From Desulfuromonadales bacterium (GTDB lineage Bacteria; Desulfobacterota; Desulfuromonadia; Desulfuromonadales; JACZKF01), in NCBI GenBank assembly GCA_050485365.1, contig JBJHBH010000008.1, positions 2,143 to 66,142 on the forward strand: DNA of 64,000 bases, read 5' to 3'. Shown here piece by piece: positions 48,911 to 57,946 of the stretch. The notes beneath the pieces are model-generated. The model had not been told where the DNA came from, searched no databases, and worked only from the letters and a program-made list of their open reading frames with translations. Numbering within the stretch: the first letter of the stretch is position 1; the number at the start of each line of letters is the position of its first letter. The position numbers were made by a program, and so were the translations under genes.

Positions 48911-50332
48911 ATGACAAAGAGATCCGTAATCGCTGCGCTGCTTCTGCTTCTTTTCTCTGCAGATGCATTCGCGCAGCAGCAGAGCCTGACCGAGGCCGAG
49001 CGCCGCTCGCTCGAGATCACGATCTATGCGGACGATCTGGCGCTGATTTCGGACCGCCGCAACGCCGAGCTCGAGGCAGGGCTCAACCGCCTCGTCTTCG
49101 AAGACGTCAGCGACCGGATTCGCCCCGAGAGCGCCGCCCTTGGCAGCCTGAGCCGCCCCGGCAGCGTCGCGGTGCGACAGATGAGCTACGACGCCGATCT
49201 GCTCACCCCCCGCGCCCTGCTCGAGAGGCATCTGGGGCGCACCGTCGGGGTGGTGCGGGTCGATCCCGCCACCGGAGAGGAGACGCAGGTCGAGGCGCAG
49301 CTGTTGTCCGTCGCCGACGGGGTGGTGCTGCGCATCGGCGATCGCATCGAGACGGCGCCCGAGGGGAGAATCGTCTTTTCAGAGGTCCCCGACGGGCTGC
49401 GGGGGCGCCCCGCCCTCGCCTTCGAGGCGGCTGCCGAGACGCCGGGGCGCCACGAGCTGGAGCTGCGCTATCTGGCCACGGGGCTCTCGTGGCAAAGCGA
49501 CTATATGGCGGAGCTCTCGGCCGATGCGGATCGGCTGCGCCTGCTCGGATCGTTCACCATCGTCAACCGCAGTGCCGTCCGCTACCCCGAGGCGCGCCTG
49601 CAGCTCGTCGCGGGATCGCTGCACCGCGTGCGCGACGAGGTTCATCTTCGGCGCGACGCCCGCGAGCTGATGGCCGTCGCCGCACCCGAGGTGCAGCGCG
49701 AAGCCCTCCTCGACTACCACCTCTACACCCTCACCCCCCCGGTCACCCTCGAACCCAACCAGATGCGCCAGGTCGGCTTCGTCGACGCCGCCGAAGTCCC
49801 CGCCCGGCGCGAACATCTGTTGGTGGGGCAGGAGTACCATTACCGCGGGCGCCACGGGCAGCTCGGCAGGGACCTGCCGGTGGCGACCTTCGTCGAGCTC
49901 GACAACCGTGCGCAGGGCGGCCTCGGCGTCCCCCTGCCGAGTGGGGTGGTCCGCGTCTATCAACCCGACAGCGCCGGGAGGATCCACCTCGTCGGCGAGG
50001 ATCGCATCGGCCACACCCCCGACGGCGAAACGCTCCGGCTTCAGCTCGGCCACGCCTTCGATCTGCGGGCCGACCGGGTTCAGACCGATTTTGTCAGACT
50101 CCCCGCCCCCGAGCGCGAGCAGCGCTTCGAGTCGGCCTTTCGCATCGCGGTGCGCAACGCCGGCGACCGCGAGGTCACGGTGACGATTCTCGAACCGCTG
50201 CCGGGGGAGTGGGAGGTGGTGGAGGAGTCGCACCCCCACGAGCGAAAGAGCGCCCGCGAGGCGCAGTGGCGTCTGGCCGTCCCCCCCCGCGGGGAGGCGG
50301 CTCTGGAGTTCAGGGTGCGGGTTCGGCTCTAA
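48911..50332 (+). CDS. Secreted DUF4139-domain protein
   Basis: Signal peptide, ITIYADDLALI, YLATGLSW, YHLYTL and GEDRIGHTP motifs. Confidence 0.8.
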   Translation: MTKRSVIAALLLLLFSADAFAQQQSLTEAERRSLEITIYADDLALISDRRNAELEAGLNRLVFEDVSDRIRPESAALGSLSRPGSVAVRQMSYDADLLTPRALLERHLGRTVGVVRVDPATGEETQVEAQLLSVADGVVLRIGDRIETAPEGRIVFSEVPDGLRGRPALAFEAAAETPGRHELELRYLATGLSWQSDYMAELSADADRLRLLGSFTIVNRSAVRYPEARLQLVAGSLHRVRDEVHLRRDARELMAVAAPEVQREALLDYHLYTLTPPVTLEPNQMRQVGFVDAAEVPARREHLLVGQEYHYRGRHGQLGRDLPVATFVELDNRAQGGLGVPLPSGVVRVYQPDSAGRIHLVGEDRIGHTPDGETLRLQLGHAFDLRADRVQTDFVRLPAPEREQRFESAFRIAVRNAGDREVTVTILEPLPGEWEVVEESHPHERKSAREAQWRLAVPPRGEAALEFRVRVRL

Positions 50333-50365
50333 AGGGAAAAGGCGGCACAGGCCGCCTTTTCCCTT
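50332..50365. terminator. Terminator-like hairpin
   Basis: AAGGGAAAAGGCGGC-ACAG-GCCGCCTTTTCCCTT. Confidence 0.7.
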
Positions 50366-50393
50366 GATGCGCCGTCAGAGGGGGGACCGGGCG

Positions 50394-50570
50394 TTACGGC
50401 CCGGAAGGGGACGGGTCGCTCATGTAGATGACTTCCATCTCGGTCATTTTGCGACCGCAGTGCGAGTACGAGATCCTGTCGGCTTCAGCGCGGCTGACGC
50501 GGCATCGACAGATTTCGCAGTAATATCCGGGTTCCTTGTTCGTCGTGGGTTTTTCCGTTTTTTCCGCCAT
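50394..50570 (-). CDS. Small Cys-containing protein (58 aa), absent from the ORF track
   Basis: AAGGAG RBS. Translates as MAEKTEKPTTNKEPGYYCEICRCRVSRAEADRISYSHCGRKMTEMEVIYMSDPSPSGP. Confidence 0.6.
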   Translation of the reverse strand: MAEKTEKPTTNKEPGYYCEICRCRVSRAEADRISYSHCGRKMTEMEVIYMSDPSPSGP

Positions 50571-50678
50571 GATTCGCTCCTTTCGTCTTCTGGCGAAGAA
50601 TCCGGTCGGAAGAGTTAACTTTTCTTTGCACTTCTAAATATATCATCCGTTCGGTAAGATTTCAAACCCCCGCCCCCT

Positions 50679-52433
50679 TCACTCCGGGGGATGGCCGTAG
50701 GCCCCCGCCCACAGTCCGGTGAAGAAGTGGCGGGCGTTGGTCCCCAGAACGCGGCTGTCGTACCCCCCTTCCTGCACCACCAGAATCGGCAGGCTGAGCG
50801 CGCCGAGCAGCCGGCCGTTTTCGAGAAAATCCTTCGGCTGCAGGCTCCAGGTGCCGGTGGGGTCCCCCTGCGCGGTGTCGAGGCCGAGGGCCAGAACGAG
50901 AAAAAGCGGTTTGTGGCGCGCGATGCGCCGCAGGGCCTTTTCGAGGGCGCGGCGAAAAGCCGCTCCGTCGACATGCTCCGGCAGGGGAAGATTGAGATTG
51001 AATCCGCTGCCCGGCCCGCTCCCCTTCTCGTCCTCGAAGCCGCTGAAATACGGATAGGCGAAGCGGGGGTGGCCGTGGATGGAGACGGTGAGGACGTCGG
51101 CGCGCTCGTAGAAGATCTCCTGCGTGCCGTTGCCGTGATGGTAGTCGATGTCGAGCACCGCCACCTTCCCGTGGGCCGAGAGGTGATGGGCCGCCACGGC
51201 GGCCGAGTTGAAGTAGCAAAACCCCCCGAAGACGCGCCGCTCGGCGTGGTGCCCCGGCGGGCGCACCAGGGCGTAGGCGATGCGGTGTCCCTTGAGCAGC
51301 AGGCGCGCTCCGGTGAGGGCGCAGTCGACCGAGCGCGTCGCCGCCAGCCAGGCGTTGCGGGTGAGGGGGGTGAAGGTGTCGATGCAGAAGTAGCCCGCCC
51401 GGATCGCCCGCTCCTTCGGTGGGCGGGCGGCGTTGCGGATCGGAAAGACGTAGGGGTAGACCGCCTCCTTCTCGCTGAGCCGGGCGCAGACCGCCTTGAG
51501 GTAGCTGACGAAATCCCCCTGGTGGACCGCGCGGATGTGCTTCTCGGAGAAGCGGCTCACCGGCGTGCGGCGAAAGTAGGGGGTGCGTTCGAGCTCGCGC
51601 ACGATGGAGCGGATGCGCACCGGCGCCTCGACGTAGCCGCGCTCGCGCACATGATGGATCTCGTGCTTGTCGTTGACGACGAGGGGGATCTGCCGGTCGG
51701 CGGGGACGGCGCCGCGCGGCGGCGGAGGGGGCGTCATCGCGCTCAGATAGCGGAAGGGGCGAAGGCGCACCGGGTCGTCGCGGAAGGAGGCGACGACCTT
51801 CTCGATGTACTCCTTCGAGCACAGATGGGCGTACTTTCGCTCCAGAATCGCCCGCACGATCTGCCGGGCGCTCTGGGCCGGCAGATCGATCCCCTGCCCC
51901 AGGTCGTCGAAGACGAGATAGGGCGGGTTGTCCTCCCCCTCCTTCACCGGCGTCTCGTAGGCGGTCCCGGCGACGGGGCGGGCGCCGTACTGCTCGTAGA
52001 ACTTGAGGCGGGCGCGGTTCTGGCGCAGCACCGCCGGGTCGCGGCACAGCTTCGGGTCGTCGGGGAGCGACTCGAAGAAGATCCCCACCGTCCCCAGAGC
52101 CAGCGCCTCCTCGCGCAGCCGCTCGTACAGCGCGCCGCCGATCCCCCGCCCCGTCATCTTCTTCGCCGCCGAAATGTATTCGAGGCAGCAAAAGCGCAGC
52201 TGCGGGTCGTGCAGCACCAGCGCGAAGCCGAGCATCTGGCCGCGCTGCGCCTCGGCGACGTAGAGGATAGAGCGGAAGCGGTATTTCAGCGGATTTCTGA
52301 GCTGCTCGGGGAGCTTGTCGATGTCCTTTTTCGACAGATCGGGGAACTGAACGCGCAGGATGTGCTGAACCTCGCGGATCGCGGCGCGATTGATCGGCAG
52401 AAGGTCGTCGTAGATGCGGCGGATGCCGAACAT
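50679..52433 (-). CDS. GNAT-like domain fused to a histone deacetylase/acetylpolyamine amidohydrolase domain
   Basis: N-terminal GRGIGGALY and FYEQYG. C-terminal RPPGHH, GGFCYFN, DIDYHHGNGTQ, LGLD and QEGGY. Confidence 0.85.
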   Translation of the reverse strand: MFGIRRIYDDLLPINRAAIREVQHILRVQFPDLSKKDIDKLPEQLRNPLKYRFRSILYVAEAQRGQMLGFALVLHDPQLRFCCLEYISAAKKMTGRGIGGALYERLREEALALGTVGIFFESLPDDPKLCRDPAVLRQNRARLKFYEQYGARPVAGTAYETPVKEGEDNPPYLVFDDLGQGIDLPAQSARQIVRAILERKYAHLCSKEYIEKVVASFRDDPVRLRPFRYLSAMTPPPPPRGAVPADRQIPLVVNDKHEIHHVRERGYVEAPVRIRSIVRELERTPYFRRTPVSRFSEKHIRAVHQGDFVSYLKAVCARLSEKEAVYPYVFPIRNAARPPKERAIRAGYFCIDTFTPLTRNAWLAATRSVDCALTGARLLLKGHRIAYALVRPPGHHAERRVFGGFCYFNSAAVAAHHLSAHGKVAVLDIDYHHGNGTQEIFYERADVLTVSIHGHPRFAYPYFSGFEDEKGSGPGSGFNLNLPLPEHVDGAAFRRALEKALRRIARHKPLFLVLALGLDTAQGDPTGTWSLQPKDFLENGRLLGALSLPILVVQEGGYDSRVLGTNARHFFTGLWAGAYGHPPE

Positions 52434-52640
52434 GGTCTCTCCGGGTAAGGGGTTGTTTTCATTATAGCACCGCCGAATGCAGGCGTCGCGGGCGCTTCAG
52501 GGGCCGTCTCGGCGGGGCGTTTTCGCTTGCAATCGGCTGCGAAGTGCACGATATTTCACTACGGCAGCCTTTTTTAATTCGAGACTTTCAAGCCAGGGGG
52601 GCGCGGGTCTCTTCATTCGAGAGAATGATCTTCCCCTGAC

Positions 52641-53867
52641 ATGCAATCGCCCAAGGCTACGATCGACCGACCGTTCCCCTGCGCCTGCCTTTCGCTGCGC
52701 CGGTTGCGCATCGCCTACGCGGCGGCCGCCCTCGTCGCTGTTTTTGCGGCGCTCCTGTACGCTCCGCTCTGGGGGGCGGCCCTCGCCCTCGGCGCCGCCC
52801 TCGCCGGCTTTTCGGCCCTTCAGTATCTCATCGAACGCGATCTGCGCACCGACCTCTCTCACGCCCTGAACCGACCCGAAACCGCCGAAGCGAACGCCTG
52901 CAGCGCCGAAGTCCTCGAAGCCCGGCAGGCCCAGTTCGACTCCGTCGTGCGCGTTCTGGCCGAATCGATCGACGCGCGCGACTACCTCACCGCCGGCCAC
53001 TCGCGCAAGGTTGCCGAATACGCCGAGGGGATCGCCGCGCAGATGGGGCTCTGCGCCGAGTTCCGGCGCATGCTGCGCACCGCCGCGCTGCTGCACGACT
53101 ACGGCAAGATCGCCATCCCCGACACCATCCTGAAAAAGGAAGGCCCTCTGTCCGAAGAGGAGAGGGCCATCATCAACACCCACCCCGCCCGCTCGAAACA
53201 GATCCTCGAAAAGATCGACCTCGACGGCGTCTACCGCGAGATCCCCGACATCGTCCTGTCGCACCACGAGCGCTGGGACGGCACCGGCTACCCCAACGCC
53301 CTGCGGGGGGAGCAAATCCCCCTCGCCTCGCGCATCATCGCCGTCGCCGACTACTACGAAGCGATCACCGCCAAGCGCCACTACCGCGAACCGATGCGCC
53401 TGCAGGAGGCCCTGTGCATTCTGCAGGGCGAATCGGGGCGACACTTCGACCCGCGCGTCCTCGACGCCTTCTTCGGCTACCTGCGCAAGGCCCCCTTCGT
53501 CCGGTGCGACCGCGGCGAGGAGGAGGCGCAGGTGCGCGTGCCGCGCTCGGCCTACCGCACCGAGATCGCCGTCAAGGCCGACCGCCGCATCTACGCCGGG
53601 TTCAGCGTCGACATCAGCTGCGGAGGGCTCTATTTCGCCACCTGCGACGTGTGCGACATCTCCCCCGACACCGAGCTCAGCGTCACCTTCGAGCTGCCGC
53701 AGCAAAAAAAGCTCGCCCAGGTGTGCGGGCGGGTGGCCTGGATCAACCGCGGAACCCCCCGCCCCGCCGAACGCCTCCCCGAAGGGTTCGGCGTCGTCTT
53801 CCACAACATCGGCGACGACGTGCGAAGCGCCATCGAGCGCTACATGGAAGAGCCGATCCCCTACTGA
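52641..53867 (+). CDS. Membrane HD-GYP phosphodiesterase with C-terminal PilZ-like domain
   Basis: Two TM segments, LLHDYGK, HHERWDGTGYP and DISCGG. Confidence 0.87.
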   Translation: MQSPKATIDRPFPCACLSLRRLRIAYAAAALVAVFAALLYAPLWGAALALGAALAGFSALQYLIERDLRTDLSHALNRPETAEANACSAEVLEARQAQFDSVVRVLAESIDARDYLTAGHSRKVAEYAEGIAAQMGLCAEFRRMLRTAALLHDYGKIAIPDTILKKEGPLSEEERAIINTHPARSKQILEKIDLDGVYREIPDIVLSHHERWDGTGYPNALRGEQIPLASRIIAVADYYEAITAKRHYREPMRLQEALCILQGESGRHFDPRVLDAFFGYLRKAPFVRCDRGEEEAQVRVPRSAYRTEIAVKADRRIYAGFSVDISCGGLYFATCDVCDISPDTELSVTFELPQQKKLAQVCGRVAWINRGTPRPAERLPEGFGVVFHNIGDDVRSAIERYMEEPIPY

Positions 53868-53879
53868 TTTAATTTTACA

Positions 53880-54624
53880 AAACCAGGGACACTCCCCATA
53901 TTTCCCTTGCATCGCCTCTTCCCATTCGCTACCATCCCCCATGCCCAGAATCGCCCGCATCATCGCCCCCGGCTATCCCCACCACATCACCCAGCGTGGC
54001 AACAACCGCGCCACCGTCTTTTTCGATGACGAAGACCGGCAGACCTATCTCAAACTGCTGAGCGTCTACGCGCGCAAACACGCCCTGCAGATCTGGGCCT
54101 ACTGCCTGATGGACAATCACGTCCATCTGCTCGCCGTCCCGCAGACCGAGAGATCTCTGGCGCGCGGCGTCGGCCTCACCAATCAGGTCTACACCCAGTA
54201 TCTCAACCGCAAGCTGCGTCAGTCCGGCCGCATCTGGCAGAACCGCTTTTACTCGTGCATTGTGGAGCATGAAGCGTATCTGTGGGCGGTGGCGCGATAC
54301 ATCGAACGAAATCCGTTGAAGGCGGGTGTGGTCGATCGGGTCGAGGATTATCCCTGGTCCAGCGCCCGGGCGCACCTGATCGGAGCGAAGGATGCGGTGC
54401 TGGACGAGGCGTCCTGGCTCGATGCGTCGCAGCGCAGACGTTATGGGGAATTCCTCCTGCAGTCGAAGGATGAAACCGACGAGGCGCTCCGCAAGGCGAC
54501 GCGCACCGGACGGCCGTTCGGCTCGGAGGGATTTGTAGATATGCTCGAAGAGCGGCTGCACGTGGTGTTGCGGGCGAAGAGAGCGGGGAGGCCTCCGAAA
54601 CAATAGGGGGAGTGTCCCTAATTT
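53880..54624 (+). mobile_element. RAYT-type element bounded by inverted repeats
   Basis: Left AAACCAGGGACACTCCCCATATTT (53880-53903) and right AATAGGGGGAGTGTCCCTAATTT (54602-54624) flank the HUH transposase. Confidence 0.7.
53941..54606 (+). CDS. REP-associated tyrosine transposase (Y1 HUH, IS200-like fold)
   Basis: HHITQRGNN, YCLMDNHVH (HUH), WQNRF, YIERNP and YPWSS motifs. Confidence 0.92.
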   Translation: MPRIARIIAPGYPHHITQRGNNRATVFFDDEDRQTYLKLLSVYARKHALQIWAYCLMDNHVHLLAVPQTERSLARGVGLTNQVYTQYLNRKLRQSGRIWQNRFYSCIVEHEAYLWAVARYIERNPLKAGVVDRVEDYPWSSARAHLIGAKDAVLDEASWLDASQRRRYGEFLLQSKDETDEALRKATRTGRPFGSEGFVDMLEERLHVVLRAKRAGRPPKQ

Positions 54625-54795
54625 GAATCCCCCTATTTCCGGGGCCGCCATCGAACGCTAGATGGCGTTCCGCGGCGAAGCGCTCTTGCCGAACGGCTCG
54701 CCTCCTGAGGGCGCTCCTCCTCCCTCCCCCCCCCCGATTATCTTCTCGGACTTGCACTCTGGTAAAATTGATTCTCCTAAAGGAAGGGGAACGGA

Positions 54796-54838
54796 ATGGC
54801 CAGGGGGCGCTTTTCGCCGTCCCTGCGAGCCGCGACTC
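54796..54838 (+). repeat. MITE-like repeat, degenerate copy E
   Basis: GCGCTTTTCGCCGTCC joined directly to GAGCCGCGAC. Confidence 0.5.
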
Positions 54839-54943
54839 GTACAAGGTGAATCGATCTACGGAATTTTAGTGAAACTGTCGTGAAAATTTACTAAAGTTAC
54901 CGCGCTTGGACGGAGCGCTTTGTGGTGAAAAGGGATGTGCACA

Positions 54944-57900
54944 ATGGCAGGGCGTGAGGCGCAGGGTCGCGCGACGAAGAAAAACGCCGAAAAGGGCAGG
55001 GCGAAGCCGGGCGAGACGCCGCCGTCGAGCGCTTCGCCGGGCGGCGGCGATTTTCCCATTGTCTGCGTCGGCGCCTCGGCCGGGGGGCTCAGGGCCATAG
55101 AGGGGTTCTTCGCCGGGGTTCCGCAAGACTGCGAGATGGCCTTCGTTGTCGTCCAGCACCTCGACCCGCAACGCGAGAGCCTGCTCAAGAACCTCATCGG
55201 GCAGTACGCCGACCTGCCGGTCCGGCTGGCCGAGGAGGGGACGGCGGTGGAACCGGGGCACATCTACGTCAAGGCTCCGGGGCGCGACGTCGTCCTGCGA
55301 GGAGGCACGCTGCACCTGCAGGATTCGGCGGAGCCCTCTTCGCTTCGCCACCCCATCAACGCCTTTTTGCGCTCTCTCGCCGACGACAAGGGTGAGCGGG
55401 GGATCGCCGTCATCCTCTCCGGCACGGGGAGCGACGGGACGCTGGGGGTGCGCGCGGTGCATGCCGCGGGGGGGCTCGTGCTCGTTCAGGAGGAAGGGGA
55501 GGCCGAGTACGACGGGATGCCCCGCAGCGCCATCGAGACGGGGATGGTCGATTTCGTCCTGCCGGCGGAGCGCATGGCGCAGGAGATCATGCGCTACTGC
55601 AACCATCCCCTCGTCGCCCGCCGCGAGATGAAGCGCGAGTGGGCCGAAGAGCGCTCCGGCAGCGAGATGGCGACGGTGCTGGGGATCGTGCGCGCCCAGA
55701 CGGGGCATGACTTCTCGCTCTACAAGCGCAACACCATCCGCCGCCGCATCGAGCGCCGCCTGGCGATCCACAAGCTCGAGCGCCTCTCCGACTACGCCGC
55801 GCTGCTGCGCCAGAACCCTTCCGAAGGGCAGGCCCTCTTCAAGGACCTGCTCATCAACGTCACCAGCTTCTTTCGCGACCCCGAGGCCTTCGAGCTTCTT
55901 GGGGAAGAGCTGCGCCGGCTTCTCAAAGAGCATCCCGCCGAGGAGCCGGTGCGGGTCTGGGTCCCCGGATGCGCCACCGGCGAGGAAGCCTACACGCTGG
56001 CGATCCTTTTGATCGAGGCGATGGAGGAGCTGGAGAAGATCTTCCCCGTCAAGATCTTCGCCAGCGACATCAACCCGCAGTCGATCGAGACGGGGCGCGA
56101 GGGGATCTACCCCGACTCCATCGCCGCCGACGTCTCCGGGCGCCGCCTCATGCGCTACTTCACCCGTCACGAGGGGCACTACCGGGTCGACGTGCGCCTG
56201 CGCGAGATGGTCGTCTTCGCGGTGCACGACCTCACGCGCGACCCCCCTTTCTCGCGCCTCGACCTGGTGTGCTGCCGCAACCTGCTGATCTACCTCGAGA
56301 CCCGGATGCAGAAAAAGGTCATCCCGCTGCTGCGCTACGCCCTGAAGCCGGGGGGGGTGCTGCTGCTCGGCTCCTCGGAGGAGGTCGGCGAGTTCGGCGA
56401 TCTCTTCACGCCGCTCAACCGCAAGTGGAAGATCTTCCGCGCGCTGGAGCAGACCCCCGTCCTTCGCCATCAGGACTTCAACCTCATGCCGCAGATCCGG
56501 TCCGGAACGGCCGCCGCCGCAGAAACGCCCCAAGCGGCGCAGAAGCCCTCGCCGCAGACGGTCCGAAGACGCGAGGCGGCCCTTCGCGCGCTGGTGGAGA
56601 CCTCGCTCATGGAAGAATACGCCCCTCCGGGGGTTCTGCTCGACGAGCACGACGACGTCCTCTATTTTCACGGCGAGACATCCCCCTACCTCTCGCCGCC
56701 GCGCGGAGAGCCGTCGCTCAACGTGGCGCGCCTGGTGCGCGGCGAGGTGGCCGCCGCCCTGCCCGACCTTCTGAGCCGGGCGCGGGCGCTGCAGCAGCGG
56801 GTGCGAAGCGAGGCGCTGCGCATGCCGACCGCCGTCGGGAGCGTGCGGGTCGAAGTCAGCGTCAAGCCGATGCCGACGGCGGGGCATGGCCACCTTCTGG
56901 TCACCTTCGAGACGGTGGAGGCGGCACCGACCGAAGGGGAGTCGCCCCGGGGCGACTCCTGCGACGTGCGCCTGGTCGGGCTTCAGCGCGAGCTCTTCTC
57001 TACCCGCCAGGACCTGCAGGCGACCATTGAAGAGCTCGAGACGGCCAACGAGGAGCTGCAAAGCGCCAACGAGGAGCTGCAGGCCAACAACGAGGAGCTG
57101 CAGTCGACCAACGAGGAGCTCGAAACCTCGCGCGAAGAGCTTCAGTCGACCAACGAAGAGATCGAGACGGTCAACGCCGAGCTCAAGAAGACCAACGACG
57201 AGCTGCTGCAGGCCAACGACGACATCAACAACCTTTTCACCGCCACCGACATCGGCACCCTGATCCTCGACACCTCGCTGCGCATCAAGCGCTACACCCC
57301 GTCGGCGACCCGGTTCTTTCGCCTGATCCCCTCGGACGTCGGCCGCCCGGTGACCGACATCGCCACCACCCTCATCCAGGGCGGTCTCGGCGACGACCTG
57401 CGCGATGTCCTGGAGAGCCTCCACTGCAAAGAGCGCGAGATCGAGAGCCGCAACGGGCGATGGTACGCGGTGCACATCGTGCCGTATCGCACCAGCACCA
57501 ACGTCATCGCCGGCGTCATCGTCACCTTCACCGACATCACCGACCTCAAGAAGGCGGAGATCGCCGCCCGCGAGGCGCGCCTGTACGCCGACGCCATCAT
57601 CGGGACCCTTCGCGAGCCCTTCCTCGTTCTTGACGCCGGGCTGAAGGTCGTTTCGGCCAACGGCGCCTTCTACAACGTCTTTCGCGTCGAACGCAGCGAG
57701 ACGGAAAATTCGCTCCTCTTCGAGCTCGGAGCGGGGCAGTGGGACATCGCGCCGCTGCGCGAGCTGCTCGAGCGCATCGTTCCGGCCAACGAGACCTTCG
57801 ACGATTTTCGCGTCGAGCACGATTTTCCGCATATCGGGCGCCGCGTCTTTTTGCTGAACGCCCGGCGCATCGAGCGCAAGGAACGGGCGGATCTGATTCT

Positions 57901-57946
57901 ACTGGCTTTTGAAGACGTTACCCAACGGCAGGGGGAGAACGCATGA
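54944..57946 (+). CDS. CheB methylesterase-CheR methyltransferase fusion with coiled coil and PAS
   Basis: GASAGG, QH and GSDG (CheB). VTSFFRD, GCATGEEAY and CRNLLIY (CheR). NEELQ heptads. Start may be 54935. Confidence 0.9.
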   Translation: MAGREAQGRATKKNAEKGRAKPGETPPSSASPGGGDFPIVCVGASAGGLRAIEGFFAGVPQDCEMAFVVVQHLDPQRESLLKNLIGQYADLPVRLAEEGTAVEPGHIYVKAPGRDVVLRGGTLHLQDSAEPSSLRHPINAFLRSLADDKGERGIAVILSGTGSDGTLGVRAVHAAGGLVLVQEEGEAEYDGMPRSAIETGMVDFVLPAERMAQEIMRYCNHPLVARREMKREWAEERSGSEMATVLGIVRAQTGHDFSLYKRNTIRRRIERRLAIHKLERLSDYAALLRQNPSEGQALFKDLLINVTSFFRDPEAFELLGEELRRLLKEHPAEEPVRVWVPGCATGEEAYTLAILLIEAMEELEKIFPVKIFASDINPQSIETGREGIYPDSIAADVSGRRLMRYFTRHEGHYRVDVRLREMVVFAVHDLTRDPPFSRLDLVCCRNLLIYLETRMQKKVIPLLRYALKPGGVLLLGSSEEVGEFGDLFTPLNRKWKIFRALEQTPVLRHQDFNLMPQIRSGTAAAAETPQAAQKPSPQTVRRREAALRALVETSLMEEYAPPGVLLDEHDDVLYFHGETSPYLSPPRGEPSLNVARLVRGEVAAALPDLLSRARALQQRVRSEALRMPTAVGSVRVEVSVKPMPTAGHGHLLVTFETVEAAPTEGESPRGDSCDVRLVGLQRELFSTRQDLQATIEELETANEELQSANEELQANNEELQSTNEELETSREELQSTNEEIETVNAELKKTNDELLQANDDINNLFTATDIGTLILDTSLRIKRYTPSATRFFRLIPSDVGRPVTDIATTLIQGGLGDDLRDVLESLHCKEREIESRNGRWYAVHIVPYRTSTNVIAGVIVTFTDITDLKKAEIAAREARLYADAIIGTLREPFLVLDAGLKVVSANGAFYNVFRVERSETENSLLFELGAGQWDIAPLRELLERIVPANETFDDFRVEHDFPHIGRRVFLLNARRIERKERADLILLAFEDVTQRQGENA

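Noticed and set aside
54858-54898. AT-rich dyad upstream of the cheB-cheR fusion as a Rex operator
   Set aside because: Only one half-site resembles TTGTGAA. Too weak to call.
57041-57200. 21-bp tandem repeats (CAACGAGGAGCTG...) as a CRISPR array or DNA repeat
   Set aside because: In-frame coding heptads of the CheB-CheR coiled coil. No unique spacers and no cas genes.
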